50,568 nucleotides of DNA from Candidatus Kapaibacterium sp. GTDB lineage: Bacteria; Bacteroidota; Ignavibacteria; Palsa-1295. Positions within the stretch are counted from its first letter, which is position 1. Every line of letters starts with the position of its first letter. The stretch covers positions 1-50,568 of the forward strand of contig JADGPZ010000005.1 in assembly GCA_017882165.1 (NCBI GenBank), in the 5' to 3' direction. The notes under the pieces were generated by a model, which was given only the letters and a program-made list of their open reading frames with translations, did no database searches and was not told the origin of the DNA. Positions 34,369-43,022 of the stretch are shown here, in pieces. Position numbers and translations under genes: made by a program.

Positions 34369-35628
34369 ATGACACTGAACGAACGCATACTGGATTTTAT
34401 GGATGGCTCGCTTTCGCCGCACGACGAAGCAGAGCTGTTGCACACGCTCTCGGTCTCACCCGAGAAGCGCGGCGTGCTCAGGGATTTTATGAGCCAAAAG
34501 TCGCTGCTTGCCAGCGACCGTGAGTCGCTCTCCGTGCCATACGAAGCCGAGCAATCGCTCTGGGCACGCGTGGATGCGATCCTTCCGGCGCCGCAAGCAA
34601 TCACAATCCCGCAACCCGTTGGCTTCTTCAGCCGCATGATGACAACGGCTTCGGCGGCCGTCGGAGCGTTGGGACTTATCGTTGGTCTGGGCGCTGGATA
34701 CTTCGCAGGCACACTACCTTCACAAGATAATGTCCAGGCAGGGGTGATCTCGCAGACGGTGTCTCCTGTCAGTTCTGGTTTGGCAACGGCAGGAACGGCC
34801 GAACAGAATTCGGCTCCCAGACGCACAATTGGCGGAGAGCACGCGCCTCTCCAGTTTCTGCCTTCGCTCTTTGAGCCGAACGTAGCACTCTGGAATTCAC
34901 CGGCTGAACGTGAAGTTGCGCCGAGTTCGGAGCCATCCATCGCCTTCGCCGAGGCGCAACCGGTGGAACCCGCAGTGTTGCATGTCATAGGAACAGATGG
35001 CGGGAACGTCCCGCAATTCCACAACACACCGATTGCCCAGCCACATAAGTCGCTGCTCGAGCGGTTCGAGTTCAACGTGGCCGAAAGCTTTGGGCGGCAA
35101 TTCCCGAATTCCGCCGCGACGAATGTTTCGCTGCCTCTGATTACGAATTCCTCCGCCGGCGCATACTTCCAAGTGCTGCCCAACTCGAACACGCTCTGGG
35201 CCGGCGCGGCATTTGGTGCTGCCAACGTGACACGGAAGAGTCTTTTCACACGGAGTGGAAATCCGATCGATCCGCTACAGAACGTGCTGGCAAGCGATAC
35301 CGTCCATGAGCCAACGAATTATGTTGCCGCTCTCCTGCAGCTTCGCTTCCCGACCATCGGAGGAGCGGAACTGACATTCACAGGCGGCTACGGCTTCGCA
35401 AGCTTAGGACAGATGATGATCGGTGAACTTGGCCTACACTCCGATCTGACTCGTGAGGTGGGTTTTGTGGCGGGACTTCGCGCAGTCCGGTATAGCTACG
35501 ATCTCACAGCGCAGCGGGACGCAGCCATTCGCTCCGGCACCGGCTCGCTTGTGGTCCCGAACAACGTTGCCAATGCTTCGCCGAGCATTAACATCGAGTT
35601 GAACACTGGGTTATATTTCCACTTCTGA
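34369..35628 (+). CDS. Putative dual-membrane-spanning anti-sigma factor (anti-sigma domain, TM helix, low-complexity linker, C-terminal beta-barrel)
   Basis: ERILDFMDGSLSPHDEAELLHTL N-terminus; TM AAVGALGLIVGLGAGYFAG; Ser/Pro/Ala-rich linker; amphipathic strands ending GLYFHF. Confidence 0.65.
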   Translation: MTLNERILDFMDGSLSPHDEAELLHTLSVSPEKRGVLRDFMSQKSLLASDRESLSVPYEAEQSLWARVDAILPAPQAITIPQPVGFFSRMMTTASAAVGALGLIVGLGAGYFAGTLPSQDNVQAGVISQTVSPVSSGLATAGTAEQNSAPRRTIGGEHAPLQFLPSLFEPNVALWNSPAEREVAPSSEPSIAFAEAQPVEPAVLHVIGTDGGNVPQFHNTPIAQPHKSLLERFEFNVAESFGRQFPNSAATNVSLPLITNSSAGAYFQVLPNSNTLWAGAAFGAANVTRKSLFTRSGNPIDPLQNVLASDTVHEPTNYVAALLQLRFPTIGGAELTFTGGYGFASLGQMMIGELGLHSDLTREVGFVAGLRAVRYSYDLTAQRDAAIRSGTGSLVVPNNVANASPSINIELNTGLYFHF

Positions 35629-36275
35629 TGTCATTCTTGTATCGTCGCATCGAGGAGGTAGGGCATGGAATGGCGGCTGCGGTCGCCGGACTGTTTATGC
35701 TTGCCGGATGCTCGATGAGCAGTGCGCCGGCAAGCCCGGTCTCGACGGTGCAGACCTATTTCTTCCCGCTCCAGAACGGACTTGTCTATCGATACAGCCG
35801 ATTCACGTCTGGTCCGGCCAAGAACACCTACGATACCGTCGTCTGTCAGCTCATAATCGGTCAGACGATGGCCGATAAGAACGTGCTTGTGGATACCAGC
35901 ACAGGCAACCCACTCTTCTTCATCGGCTTCACGCACGATGCGAACAACAACCTTGCCGCTACGCTTTCGACCGGCGACACCACACTGCTTGCGCTCGATG
36001 GTCCTCTCGAAGACAGCGCCACCTGGGTTGCCGATCCGGTTCATCGAATCCGCGCTACGGTGCTCGCGCGCTACGATGATTATTACCTGGAAGACCGAGC
36101 GGTACACTTCCCGGATGTCATCATGGTCCGGTATCATCATGACGGTGAGGATGAGAGCATCTATACCCTCCGCTTCTTCGCCAGTGGCTATGGGCTGGTG
36201 CGCGAAGTCGAGATGGCCGGCGGCAACACCGAAATTGCAAGCCTCCAGTTGCTTGACATCCGATACCCGAACTGA
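35628..36275 (+). CDS. Hypothetical lipoprotein
   Basis: LAGC lipobox; YFFPLQNG and FFASGYGLVRE motifs; start overlaps the previous stop (TGATG). Confidence 0.7.
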   Translation: MSFLYRRIEEVGHGMAAAVAGLFMLAGCSMSSAPASPVSTVQTYFFPLQNGLVYRYSRFTSGPAKNTYDTVVCQLIIGQTMADKNVLVDTSTGNPLFFIGFTHDANNNLAATLSTGDTTLLALDGPLEDSATWVADPVHRIRATVLARYDDYYLEDRAVHFPDVIMVRYHHDGEDESIYTLRFFASGYGLVREVEMAGGNTEIASLQLLDIRYPN

Positions 36276-36362
36276 GTTGAGTGCCTCGTGTTGAGTGTTG
36301 ATTCAGGTGTGGATGATGGGTCATCCACGGGAACTTAGCACTCCTGATTTAGCACTTAACAC
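36273..36362. repeat. Composite palindrome: heptamer-repeat arms around a GTGGATGA-TGGG-TCATCCAC core
   Basis: gtgttgagtgttga ... gtggatgatgggtcatccac (36309-36328) ... ttagcacttaacac. Confidence 0.65.
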
Positions 36363-36363
36363 T

Positions 36364-36582
36364 ATGTTTGGTCGATCGAAAGCCCGTGCGTATCAGCCCC
36401 ACTCCGGCAGCTTTTCGGGGTTCTTGCAAGCCGACTCGGTCGGGCTTCGCGTGATCCTGTTCCTCGCGATGGGACTGGTCTTCTTCCTGTTCCTCAAGAT
36501 CGCGGAGCGAAAAATCCCCACCGGTCTTGTGCCGGATAGTACCGAGGACACCTCACACGTCGTGTCGCGCCACGCCCAATGA
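36364..36582 (+). CDS. Small single-TM membrane protein
   Basis: Start at MFGRSK; hydrophobic VILFLAMGLVFFLFL; stop overlaps the anmK start. Confidence 0.55.
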   Translation: MFGRSKARAYQPHSGSFSGFLQADSVGLRVILFLAMGLVFFLFLKIAERKIPTGLVPDSTEDTSHVVSRHAQ

Positions 36583-37763
36583 TGCCCCCGCCAGACTTGC
36601 AACTCTATCTTGGCATCATGACGGGCACCAGTCTCGATGCGATCGATCTTGCCGTGTGCCGATTCGAAGGCATCCGCGTCGAACTCTTGCGATTTCAGAG
36701 CACGCCTTGGACGGCGGCGGTCCGCGAAAAGCTTTTCAATTTAGCAACATCGGACTTCGTCCGCATGGATGATGTCGCCAGGCTCCATTTCGTCCTCGCT
36801 CGTGAGTACGCACGAGCGGTTAATGAAACGCTTCAAGCCGGGAAGATCGACGCCGGGGACATCCGCGCAATCGGGTTGCACGGCCAAACGGTCCGCCATC
36901 TTCCGCTGGAGGGTGCTACGTTGCAGCTTGGCAGCGGCACAGCACTCGCGGTACTTACTGGAATAGACGTGGTAAGTGATTTTCGCGGAGCGGATGTCGC
37001 GCTTGGAGGTCAGGGTGCACCGCTTATGCCGATGTTCGATTATGCGTTTCTAAAAAGTGAGACGTCGGACCGCGCCACCCTCAATGTCGGTGGCATTGCG
37101 AACATCACCTGGCTTCCGAAATCCGCGAGAGAGGATGAGGTGGTTGCCTTCGACACGGGACCAGGAAACATGCTGCTCGATCTGGTCTGCCAGAAATATT
37201 TCCATGAGCCGTTTGATCAGGATGGTTTGCGCGCTCGATCGGGAAGCATTAGCGGAGTCTTCTTGTCGGAGATGCTTGGCCACTCCTATTTTGCTCTGGC
37301 TCCGCCAAAAACGACGGGTCGCGAACTCTTCGGCGCGCCATTCATTGCACCGATGCTCGAAGCAGTCGATCGAGGCGAGCTTCGCGCCGAGGACGCGCTT
37401 GCGACACTCACGGAGCTTACGGCACGCTCCATCGCCGAGAGTTTTCGCTTCACGTCATCGCGCGGCCCCGTGAATGAACCATCATCCACGGTGGGTGATC
37501 GGTCATCTACGTTCGAACTCATCATGAGTGGTGGCGGGACACGAAACACTTTCCTTGTCGAACGGATAAAAACGAATGCACCAAATGCGAATGTCATTTC
37601 ATCCGATGTATTCGGAATTCCAGTGAGTGCCAAAGAAGCAATCGCATTCGCGTTCTTCGCTAAAGCATTCCTTGAAGAGATCCCGATCCATCTTCCGCGA
37701 ACGACTGGTGCGCGGACACGCGCGACACTGGGCTCACTTGCGAAGGCGGCGCGTCTGTCATGA
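36579..37763 (+). CDS. anmK: Anhydro-N-acetylmuramic acid kinase
   Basis: GIMTGTSLDAID, GLHGQTVRH, DFRGADVALGGQGAPL, LNVGGIANIT, FDTGPGN, PKTTGRE, KEAIAFA. Confidence 0.95.
   Translation: MMPPPDLQLYLGIMTGTSLDAIDLAVCRFEGIRVELLRFQSTPWTAAVREKLFNLATSDFVRMDDVARLHFVLAREYARAVNETLQAGKIDAGDIRAIGLHGQTVRHLPLEGATLQLGSGTALAVLTGIDVVSDFRGADVALGGQGAPLMPMFDYAFLKSETSDRATLNVGGIANITWLPKSAREDEVVAFDTGPGNMLLDLVCQKYFHEPFDQDGLRARSGSISGVFLSEMLGHSYFALAPPKTTGRELFGAPFIAPMLEAVDRGELRAEDALATLTELTARSIAESFRFTSSRGPVNEPSSTVGDRSSTFELIMSGGGTRNTFLVERIKTNAPNANVISSDVFGIPVSAKEAIAFAFFAKAFLEEIPIHLPRTTGARTRATLGSLAKAARLS
37470..37511. repeat. Two 21-bp palindrome-family units inside anmK, in frame
   Basis: gtgaatgaaccatcatccacg + gtgggtgatcggtcatctacg, encoding VNEPSSTVGDRSST. 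Confidence 0.6.
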
Positions 37764-37833
37764 AAAATATCGTGAGAAAAAGTACGGAAAAATTTTCGAG
37801 AAAAAAAATTTAGAAAATTTTTTTCCGAAACTC

Positions 37834-37863
37834 TTGACATTCGATACTCGAATGTATTATACT
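37834..37863 (+). promoter_or_regulatory. Sigma70-type promoter for dnaA
   Basis: TTGACA-N18-TATACT preceded by long A/T tracts; IR acattcga-tac-tcgaatgt overlaps the -35 and spacer. Confidence 0.75.
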
Positions 37864-37899
37864 GCGTTACGAGAGAATCGAATCCGCATGTGTAGAGAA

Positions 37900-37908
37900 T
37901 GTGGATAA
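37900..37908 (-). promoter_or_regulatory. Consensus DnaA box in the dnaA leader
   Basis: TGTGGATAA is the reverse complement of TTATCCACA. Confidence 0.8.
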
Positions 37909-38130
37909 GTAGGTGAGTCCGGCATTACCGGTCTGCTTCGAGGCTTCTCATCAAGGTGATCGTTTCCGCGCGTCATAAGAAGCTCATTAGCCGCTTTATC
38001 GGGGGCGCTACGTTGCTTCTGATTCAAGTAGATTTTTTCGTTGTCACATCGATGCTTCACGGGTCGCGCGTTTCGTCATTGTTCCTGCTCTACACACTCA
38101 ACTAACCCTTGTTGTCGCATCAATTCACGT

Positions 38131-39981
38131 ATGACTCGAACGGAATACGCCGATCTTGAAGTTATGGAAGCATCGCCCGCATATTCCGGCGAGAATTCGC
38201 CAGGCGAGAGGTCGCCGGGCGAGAAGACGCTGCGGAATTTTGCGTCAGTTCCAAGTGTAATGACAGGCGGCATGGCATCCTCCACGATGCGTGCCCAGAT
38301 GATCGGTCGCGATCTGATCGCTCCCGATCAAACGTATACCAAATTGAAGCCCGTGTCCGAGCGCGTCCTGCATTCCGAAACTGAGGTCGCCGCTGGCGGT
38401 CCGCCAGCGGAATTTCTGCGCGCGGCAACGACCGAGCCAGCAACAGCCGAGCCGGAATCAACCGATGCTGCCGTGAGCGAGGAGGGCGCTCGCAACCTTC
38501 GGAGCGCGGCGCAGCACATTTGGAAACGGTGCCTCGAAACGCTTCGCTCGCAGCTCAGTGCCCAGACGATGCGCACCTGGTTCGAGCCGTTGGAAGGCAT
38601 TGGCCTGGAGGGCACCGCGCTGACCCTTCGAGCGCCGAGCAATTTCTTCTGTGAGTGGATCTCGGAACATTACGAGGATGCGCTTCAATCGGCACTGCGC
38701 GATGTGCTTGGCGCAACGGCAGAATTTCGCTTTGAGACTACGAGCGAGCTTGACTCGCTGAACACGAAACTCGAGCCGGCACAAGCTCCAAGCCCAAATG
38801 CCCCTTCCACTCAGACCCTCGGCCAGCGTTCGAGCGGACAGCAAGCAAATGCGAGCCCATTCGCCCACGCCGCGACCCCACGAACCCAAGCCAGCCAACA
38901 GCATGGGGGACTCGCAAACGCGCCTCAGCAGACGTCTAAGCGGCCAGCGATCGAGCCAAATCTCAACCCAAGGTACACGTTCGAGACGTTCATCCGCGGC
39001 GAATCGAATAAGCTGGCTTACGCCGCCGCGAATGCCGTCGCAAACAATCCCGGCGGCACGCGATACAATCCACTCGTGATCTACGGCAATGTGGGTCTCG
39101 GAAAGACTCACCTCATTCAAGCCGTTGGCAACGCAGCCCTGCAGAAATTCCCAACGGCGCGTGTGCTCTACACATCGAGCGACCGCTTTACCGTTGAGTT
39201 CGTCGATTCAATTCAAAACGACCGGATCAACGAATTCCAGAGTTTGTACCGCTCGATCGATGTGCTCATCATCGACGATGTCCAATTTTTTGCGGGCAAG
39301 GAGAAGACGCAGGACATCTTCTTTCACACCTTCAACGCTCTGCGCGAACTGGGCAAGCAAATCATCCTGACGTGCGACCGCGCTCCAAAAGAGCTGAAAG
39401 ACATCGACGACCGACTGCTCAATCGCCTCCAGTGGGGGCTGACTGCCGACATCGGTGCCCCGGATCTTGAGACACGCATCGCAATCCTACGACACAAGGC
39501 AATTGCCGACGGAGTCGATCTTTCGAGCGACATTGTTGAATTTATCGCTTCCAACGTCACGACGAATATCCGCGAGTTGGAGGGCTGCCTGATTTCATTG
39601 CTGGCCACCGCCTCCCTTGAGGGTAAGGAGCCGACGCTCGATCTTGCCCGCGAAGTACTGCGAAAGGTCGCGAAACGCAGCACGCCGATGCTCACCATCG
39701 AGACGATCCAGCGGGCGGTCTCGAAGAAGTTTGGTGTCGAGGAAGAGCTTCTGCGCGCGAAGACGCGAAAGCAGGAGATCGTCCAGGCGCGGCAGGTCGC
39801 GATGTTCCTTGCGAAGGAGTTGACGAACCACTCATTGAAGTCTATCGGGCTTCACTTCGGTGGCCGCGATCATTCGACCGTCATCCACGCAGTCCAGGCG
39901 GTCGTGGACGACATGCGTCACGATACCGCGCTCTCCGCTAAGATCGAGGATCTCCGGCGGCAGTTCGAGATGATGCACTGA
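38131..39981 (+). CDS. dnaA: Chromosomal replication initiator DnaA (start uncertain, between 38131 and 38473)
   Basis: Domain I W..CL..L...TWFEPL; LNPRYTFETF; YNPLVIYGNVGLGKTHL; LIIDDVQF; NIRELEG; domain IV RQVAMFL...IGLHFGGRDHSTVIHA. Confidence 0.97.
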   Translation: MTRTEYADLEVMEASPAYSGENSPGERSPGEKTLRNFASVPSVMTGGMASSTMRAQMIGRDLIAPDQTYTKLKPVSERVLHSETEVAAGGPPAEFLRAATTEPATAEPESTDAAVSEEGARNLRSAAQHIWKRCLETLRSQLSAQTMRTWFEPLEGIGLEGTALTLRAPSNFFCEWISEHYEDALQSALRDVLGATAEFRFETTSELDSLNTKLEPAQAPSPNAPSTQTLGQRSSGQQANASPFAHAATPRTQASQQHGGLANAPQQTSKRPAIEPNLNPRYTFETFIRGESNKLAYAAANAVANNPGGTRYNPLVIYGNVGLGKTHLIQAVGNAALQKFPTARVLYTSSDRFTVEFVDSIQNDRINEFQSLYRSIDVLIIDDVQFFAGKEKTQDIFFHTFNALRELGKQIILTCDRAPKELKDIDDRLLNRLQWGLTADIGAPDLETRIAILRHKAIADGVDLSSDIVEFIASNVTTNIRELEGCLISLLATASLEGKEPTLDLAREVLRKVAKRSTPMLTIETIQRAVSKKFGVEEELLRAKTRKQEIVQARQVAMFLAKELTNHSLKSIGLHFGGRDHSTVIHAVQAVVDDMRHDTALSAKIEDLRRQFEMMH

Positions 39982-40013
39982 GTAATACTTTCTTGTGATA
40001 AAACTTAAAGAAT

Positions 40014-40036
40014 GGCGCGGCTTCCGCGCCTTTCTT
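40014..40036 (+). terminator. Terminator after dnaA
   Basis: ggcgcgg-ctt-ccgcgcc followed by tttctt. Confidence 0.7.
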
Positions 40037-40059
40037 GTTGATTCAATCCAAGATACACG

Positions 40060-40345
40060 GCGATCGGGATAATATTTTGTGGGTATCTAAAGCGATGTGG
40101 GTGGAATAGTGGATCAATCTACTCAATCGTGTGAACAGCCGAGTTTACTTTCCACACCACCTGTCGAGAACATCGTGATATGTTAATGTAACATCGTTTT
40201 TCAACATACCCCGAGACCTATGGATAAGATGTTAATGCGGCTTAAGACCTTGCGGGACACAGGCTTCAGACACTCACCGATCCGCTTCTCAACATTTCCA
40301 CAGGCTTTAAAACAATTATTAAGTATTTAAATCTCTTTAAAAGAG
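40060..40345. other. Probable oriC
   Basis: Cluster of DnaA-box-like 9-mers (tgtgggtat 40078, agtggatca 40108, ctttccaca 40148, ttttcaaca 40198, tatggataa 40219, atttccaca 40294) followed by an AT-rich DUE-like tract (40306-40342), directly downstream of dnaA. Confidence 0.7.
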
Positions 40346-40379
40346 AACCCATAAGAAGAGCGCGTGAGTAAGTTTCTAC

Positions 40380-41498
40380 TCAGAGGTACTCGCTCATCTG
40401 ATGACGCTTGAGATAATCTACAACATCTCGAACACCCTGTGCCTGATCGCGCCGAGTAATGAGAATCGCATCGTCGGTTTCGACAACGACGAGATCGGAA
40501 ACACCATACAGCGCAACAAGACGGGATGTGCGAGAGATCGCAAGCGAGCCTTTCGTATTGCGTGCAATGACATGTGCGCCCATGAGAACATTATTCTCAA
40601 GGTCCTTCTCGCTTAAGCGATACACTTCGTCCCAACTCCCAACATCACTCCAACCGAGAGCGCCGGCACGAAGCACGTAGACATTGGGTGCGTGTTCCAT
40701 CACACCGTAGTCGATCGAGACACCACGGATCGTGCTGTATGCCTCGCGGAGCCTCGTGGTGAAGTCCGGGGAGGAGGCCGCAGGGATTGTATCGATCTGC
40801 TGCATAATCTCCGGTGTGAACTCTCGCAGGGCTGCCTCGATCGCATCGATCCGCCAGAGAAACATGCCGCTGTTCCAGAGGAAGTCACCACTTTCTACAA
40901 ATCGGCGCGCCGTATCTATGTCAGGCTTCTCAGCGAAGCGCTTCACACGAAAGACATCCCGAAGCTCGAACTCGCTAAAATCAGGCAACTGCGAGCGTGA
41001 TGGCAGGTGCTCGTCATCGAGCTGAATATATCCAAATCCAGTTTCAGGCCGCGTGGGATGAATCCCGACCGTCACCAGGTTGCGAGTCTCGTGTGCCAAA
41101 CGTGCTCCGAGTTTCATGAGTCGGGCGAATTCATTCTCGCTTCGGATAATATGGTCGGCCGGCAAGACAGCCATGATGCCATCCTCACCGATTCTCTCTT
41201 TCAGTAATCGGGCGCCCAGCGCAATACACGGTGCGGTATTGCGACCGAATGGCTCGGAGATGATATTCTCCTTTGGAACTTCAGGAAGTTGTCGCTCGAG
41301 TTCGGCGCGCTGGGCCTCGCCGGTTACGATGATCGTGTCTTCGATCGCCGCAAACTGTTTCGTCCGGGCCAGAGTAGCCTGCACGAGCGATATGCCCGGA
41401 GAGAGGACATCGAGTAACTGTTTCGGCTTCCGTTCGCGGGACTCGGGCCAAAAACGCGTGCCTACGCCGCCCGCCATGATGACTACGCTGATTCTCAT
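40380..41498 (-). CDS. manC: Mannose-1-phosphate guanylyltransferase
   Basis: IMAGGVGTRFWPESR..KPKQLL, EPFGRNTAPCI, PADH, PETGFGYI, FAEKP, WNSGMF, SIDYGVME, WSDVGSW. Confidence 0.95.
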   Translation of the reverse strand: MRISVVIMAGGVGTRFWPESRERKPKQLLDVLSPGISLVQATLARTKQFAAIEDTIIVTGEAQRAELERQLPEVPKENIISEPFGRNTAPCIALGARLLKERIGEDGIMAVLPADHIIRSENEFARLMKLGARLAHETRNLVTVGIHPTRPETGFGYIQLDDEHLPSRSQLPDFSEFELRDVFRVKRFAEKPDIDTARRFVESGDFLWNSGMFLWRIDAIEAALREFTPEIMQQIDTIPAASSPDFTTRLREAYSTIRGVSIDYGVMEHAPNVYVLRAGALGWSDVGSWDEVYRLSEKDLENNVLMGAHVIARNTKGSLAISRTSRLVALYGVSDLVVVETDDAILITRRDQAQGVRDVVDYLKRHQMSEYL

Positions 41499-41542
41499 TA
41501 GTGCAAAACTACGGTGGTAGAGTCCTCTTGCCGAGAGATTAG

Positions 41543-41581
41543 AAAAAGCAAAGCCGCAAAGTCGTTATGACCCGCGGCTCT
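41543..41581 (-). terminator. Terminator downstream of the tRNA 3' fragment
   Basis: Minus strand gagccgcgggtc-ataac-gactttgcggcttt followed by gcttttt. Confidence 0.6.
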
Positions 41582-41610
41582 AAGGCGTCGATCTGTAAAT
41601 ATGAGGCAAT

Positions 41611-41640
41611 TGTGCACCCGTAGGGAGTCGAACCCCAAAT
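41611..41640 (-). mobile_element. att site: 3'-terminal fragment of a tRNA (probably tRNA-Arg)
   Basis: Minus strand ATTTGGGGTTCGACTCCCTACGGGTGCACA gives a T-arm (GGTTCGACTCC) plus an acceptor 3' strand; no D-arm or anticodon arm upstream; adjacent to an integrase. Confidence 0.75.
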
Positions 41641-41874
41641 GCTTGTAGACAAGCAACGGAATAGATGTGCAAAGAAAGATAAAATCATTTCGGCGATCTA
41701 ACAAATTCACTGTCAAATGATTGCCTTTCTTTGCTCTTGTTCTCCCGAGTTGCGTTGCGTATTCGTTGCGCGATTTGTTACTCGTCCTTCCCGGTTGGCT
41801 ATATTCGAGTAACCAATCACGAGCGCCAAAGCACGCTTCAGGAGCGATCGGTGCTCATATCTACTACTCCAATC

Positions 41875-42903
41875 ATGCCAGTACATTTACGAAAACGGAA
41901 GCTTGCCAACGGATCATGGTCACTCTATCTTGACATGTACATCGATGGCCGTCGGCACTATGAGAACCTGAACATCCACCTCCCCAAGGAGCGCAATAAA
42001 CAGGGTGAGTACAGGCGGATGGCTGAGGAGGTCCGGGCCACCCGCGAGCTCGAAATCCAAAGCGCGCCGCACGGGTACATCCCGAGCTTCAAGAAGGACG
42101 CGAGCTTCATCGACTTCTTCGATGAGTTGACCAAGACCAAGCACAAGACGTGGAGCACGACTCTCTATCAGCTTCGGCAGTTCACGAGTGCGGACATCTC
42201 GTTCAAACGGATCAATGGGAAGTGGCTGGATGAATTTCAGGAGTTCTTGCTCGAACGGGTCTGCCCGAACACGGCCAATGCCTACCTTCACAAGATCAAG
42301 GCGTCGCTCAATGTGGCGCTCAAGGAAGGGATCATCAACGCGAACCCATGCGAGATGATCGATATTGTGAAGACCCAGCCATCGGAGCGGACCTACCGGA
42401 CCTTCGAGTAAGTCCAGCGGCTGGCCGATACGCCCACGAACCAGACGGAGATCAAGCGCGCATTCCTGTTCTCGTGCTATACGGGACTTCGGCTCTCGGA
42501 CGTGAAGCGTCTGACACGAGCACAGATCGTGAACGGGGGCCTTCAATTCCGGCAGAAGAAGACCGGTGGATTCGAATACCTTCCGATGGCGCCGACCGCC
42601 ATCAAGCTTCTGGAACCACTGCCCGATGGACCGGATGAACCGATCTTCAAAATGCCGCGGAGTGAGGGCGGGATCTGGACGCACCTGCAGATTTGGGTGA
42701 CGAGGGCGGGGATCACGAAGCACGTCTCCTTTCATGTGGCGCGTCACACGTTCGCGACGATGGCGCTAAGTAACACGAAGGACCTTTACATGGTGAGCAA
42801 GCTGCTCGGTCACACGGACATCAAGCACACACAGATTTACGCGAGGATCATCGACGATCGGAAATTGGAAGCGGTCTCGCTCTTGCCACAGATTTCATTC
42901 TGA
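41875..42903 (+). pseudogene. int: Tyrosine integrase interrupted by one in-frame TAA (42409-42411)
   Basis: Both ORF-track pieces share a frame: ...ERTYRTFE*VQRLADTP...FSCYTGLRLSD...FHVARHTFAT...LLGHTDIKHTQIYA; N-terminal arm-binding SLYLDMYIDGRRHYENL. Confidence 0.9.
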
Positions 42904-43022
42904 AAGTGGCAATAAAAGATTATCCACGAGGGTTGAAACGAGAATAGCCATCGGCGACTCGAAATGGTGATCGCAATTGAGAGGCTGAAAACACGACTCC
43001 GCAACCAACCCCCAGCGAACTC

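Noticed and set aside
41560-41700. Complete tRNA gene
   Set aside because: Only the T-arm and acceptor 3' strand are present; the sequence where the D and anticodon arms should be does not fit a cloverleaf
42409-42411. Stop-codon reassignment or programmed readthrough in the integrase
   Set aside because: TAA ends several ordinary genes in this window and no other gene shows internal stops; a point mutation or sequencing error is simpler
42920-42928. DnaA-box-like TTATCCACG after the integrase
   Set aside because: A single one-mismatch 9-mer, which is expected by chance
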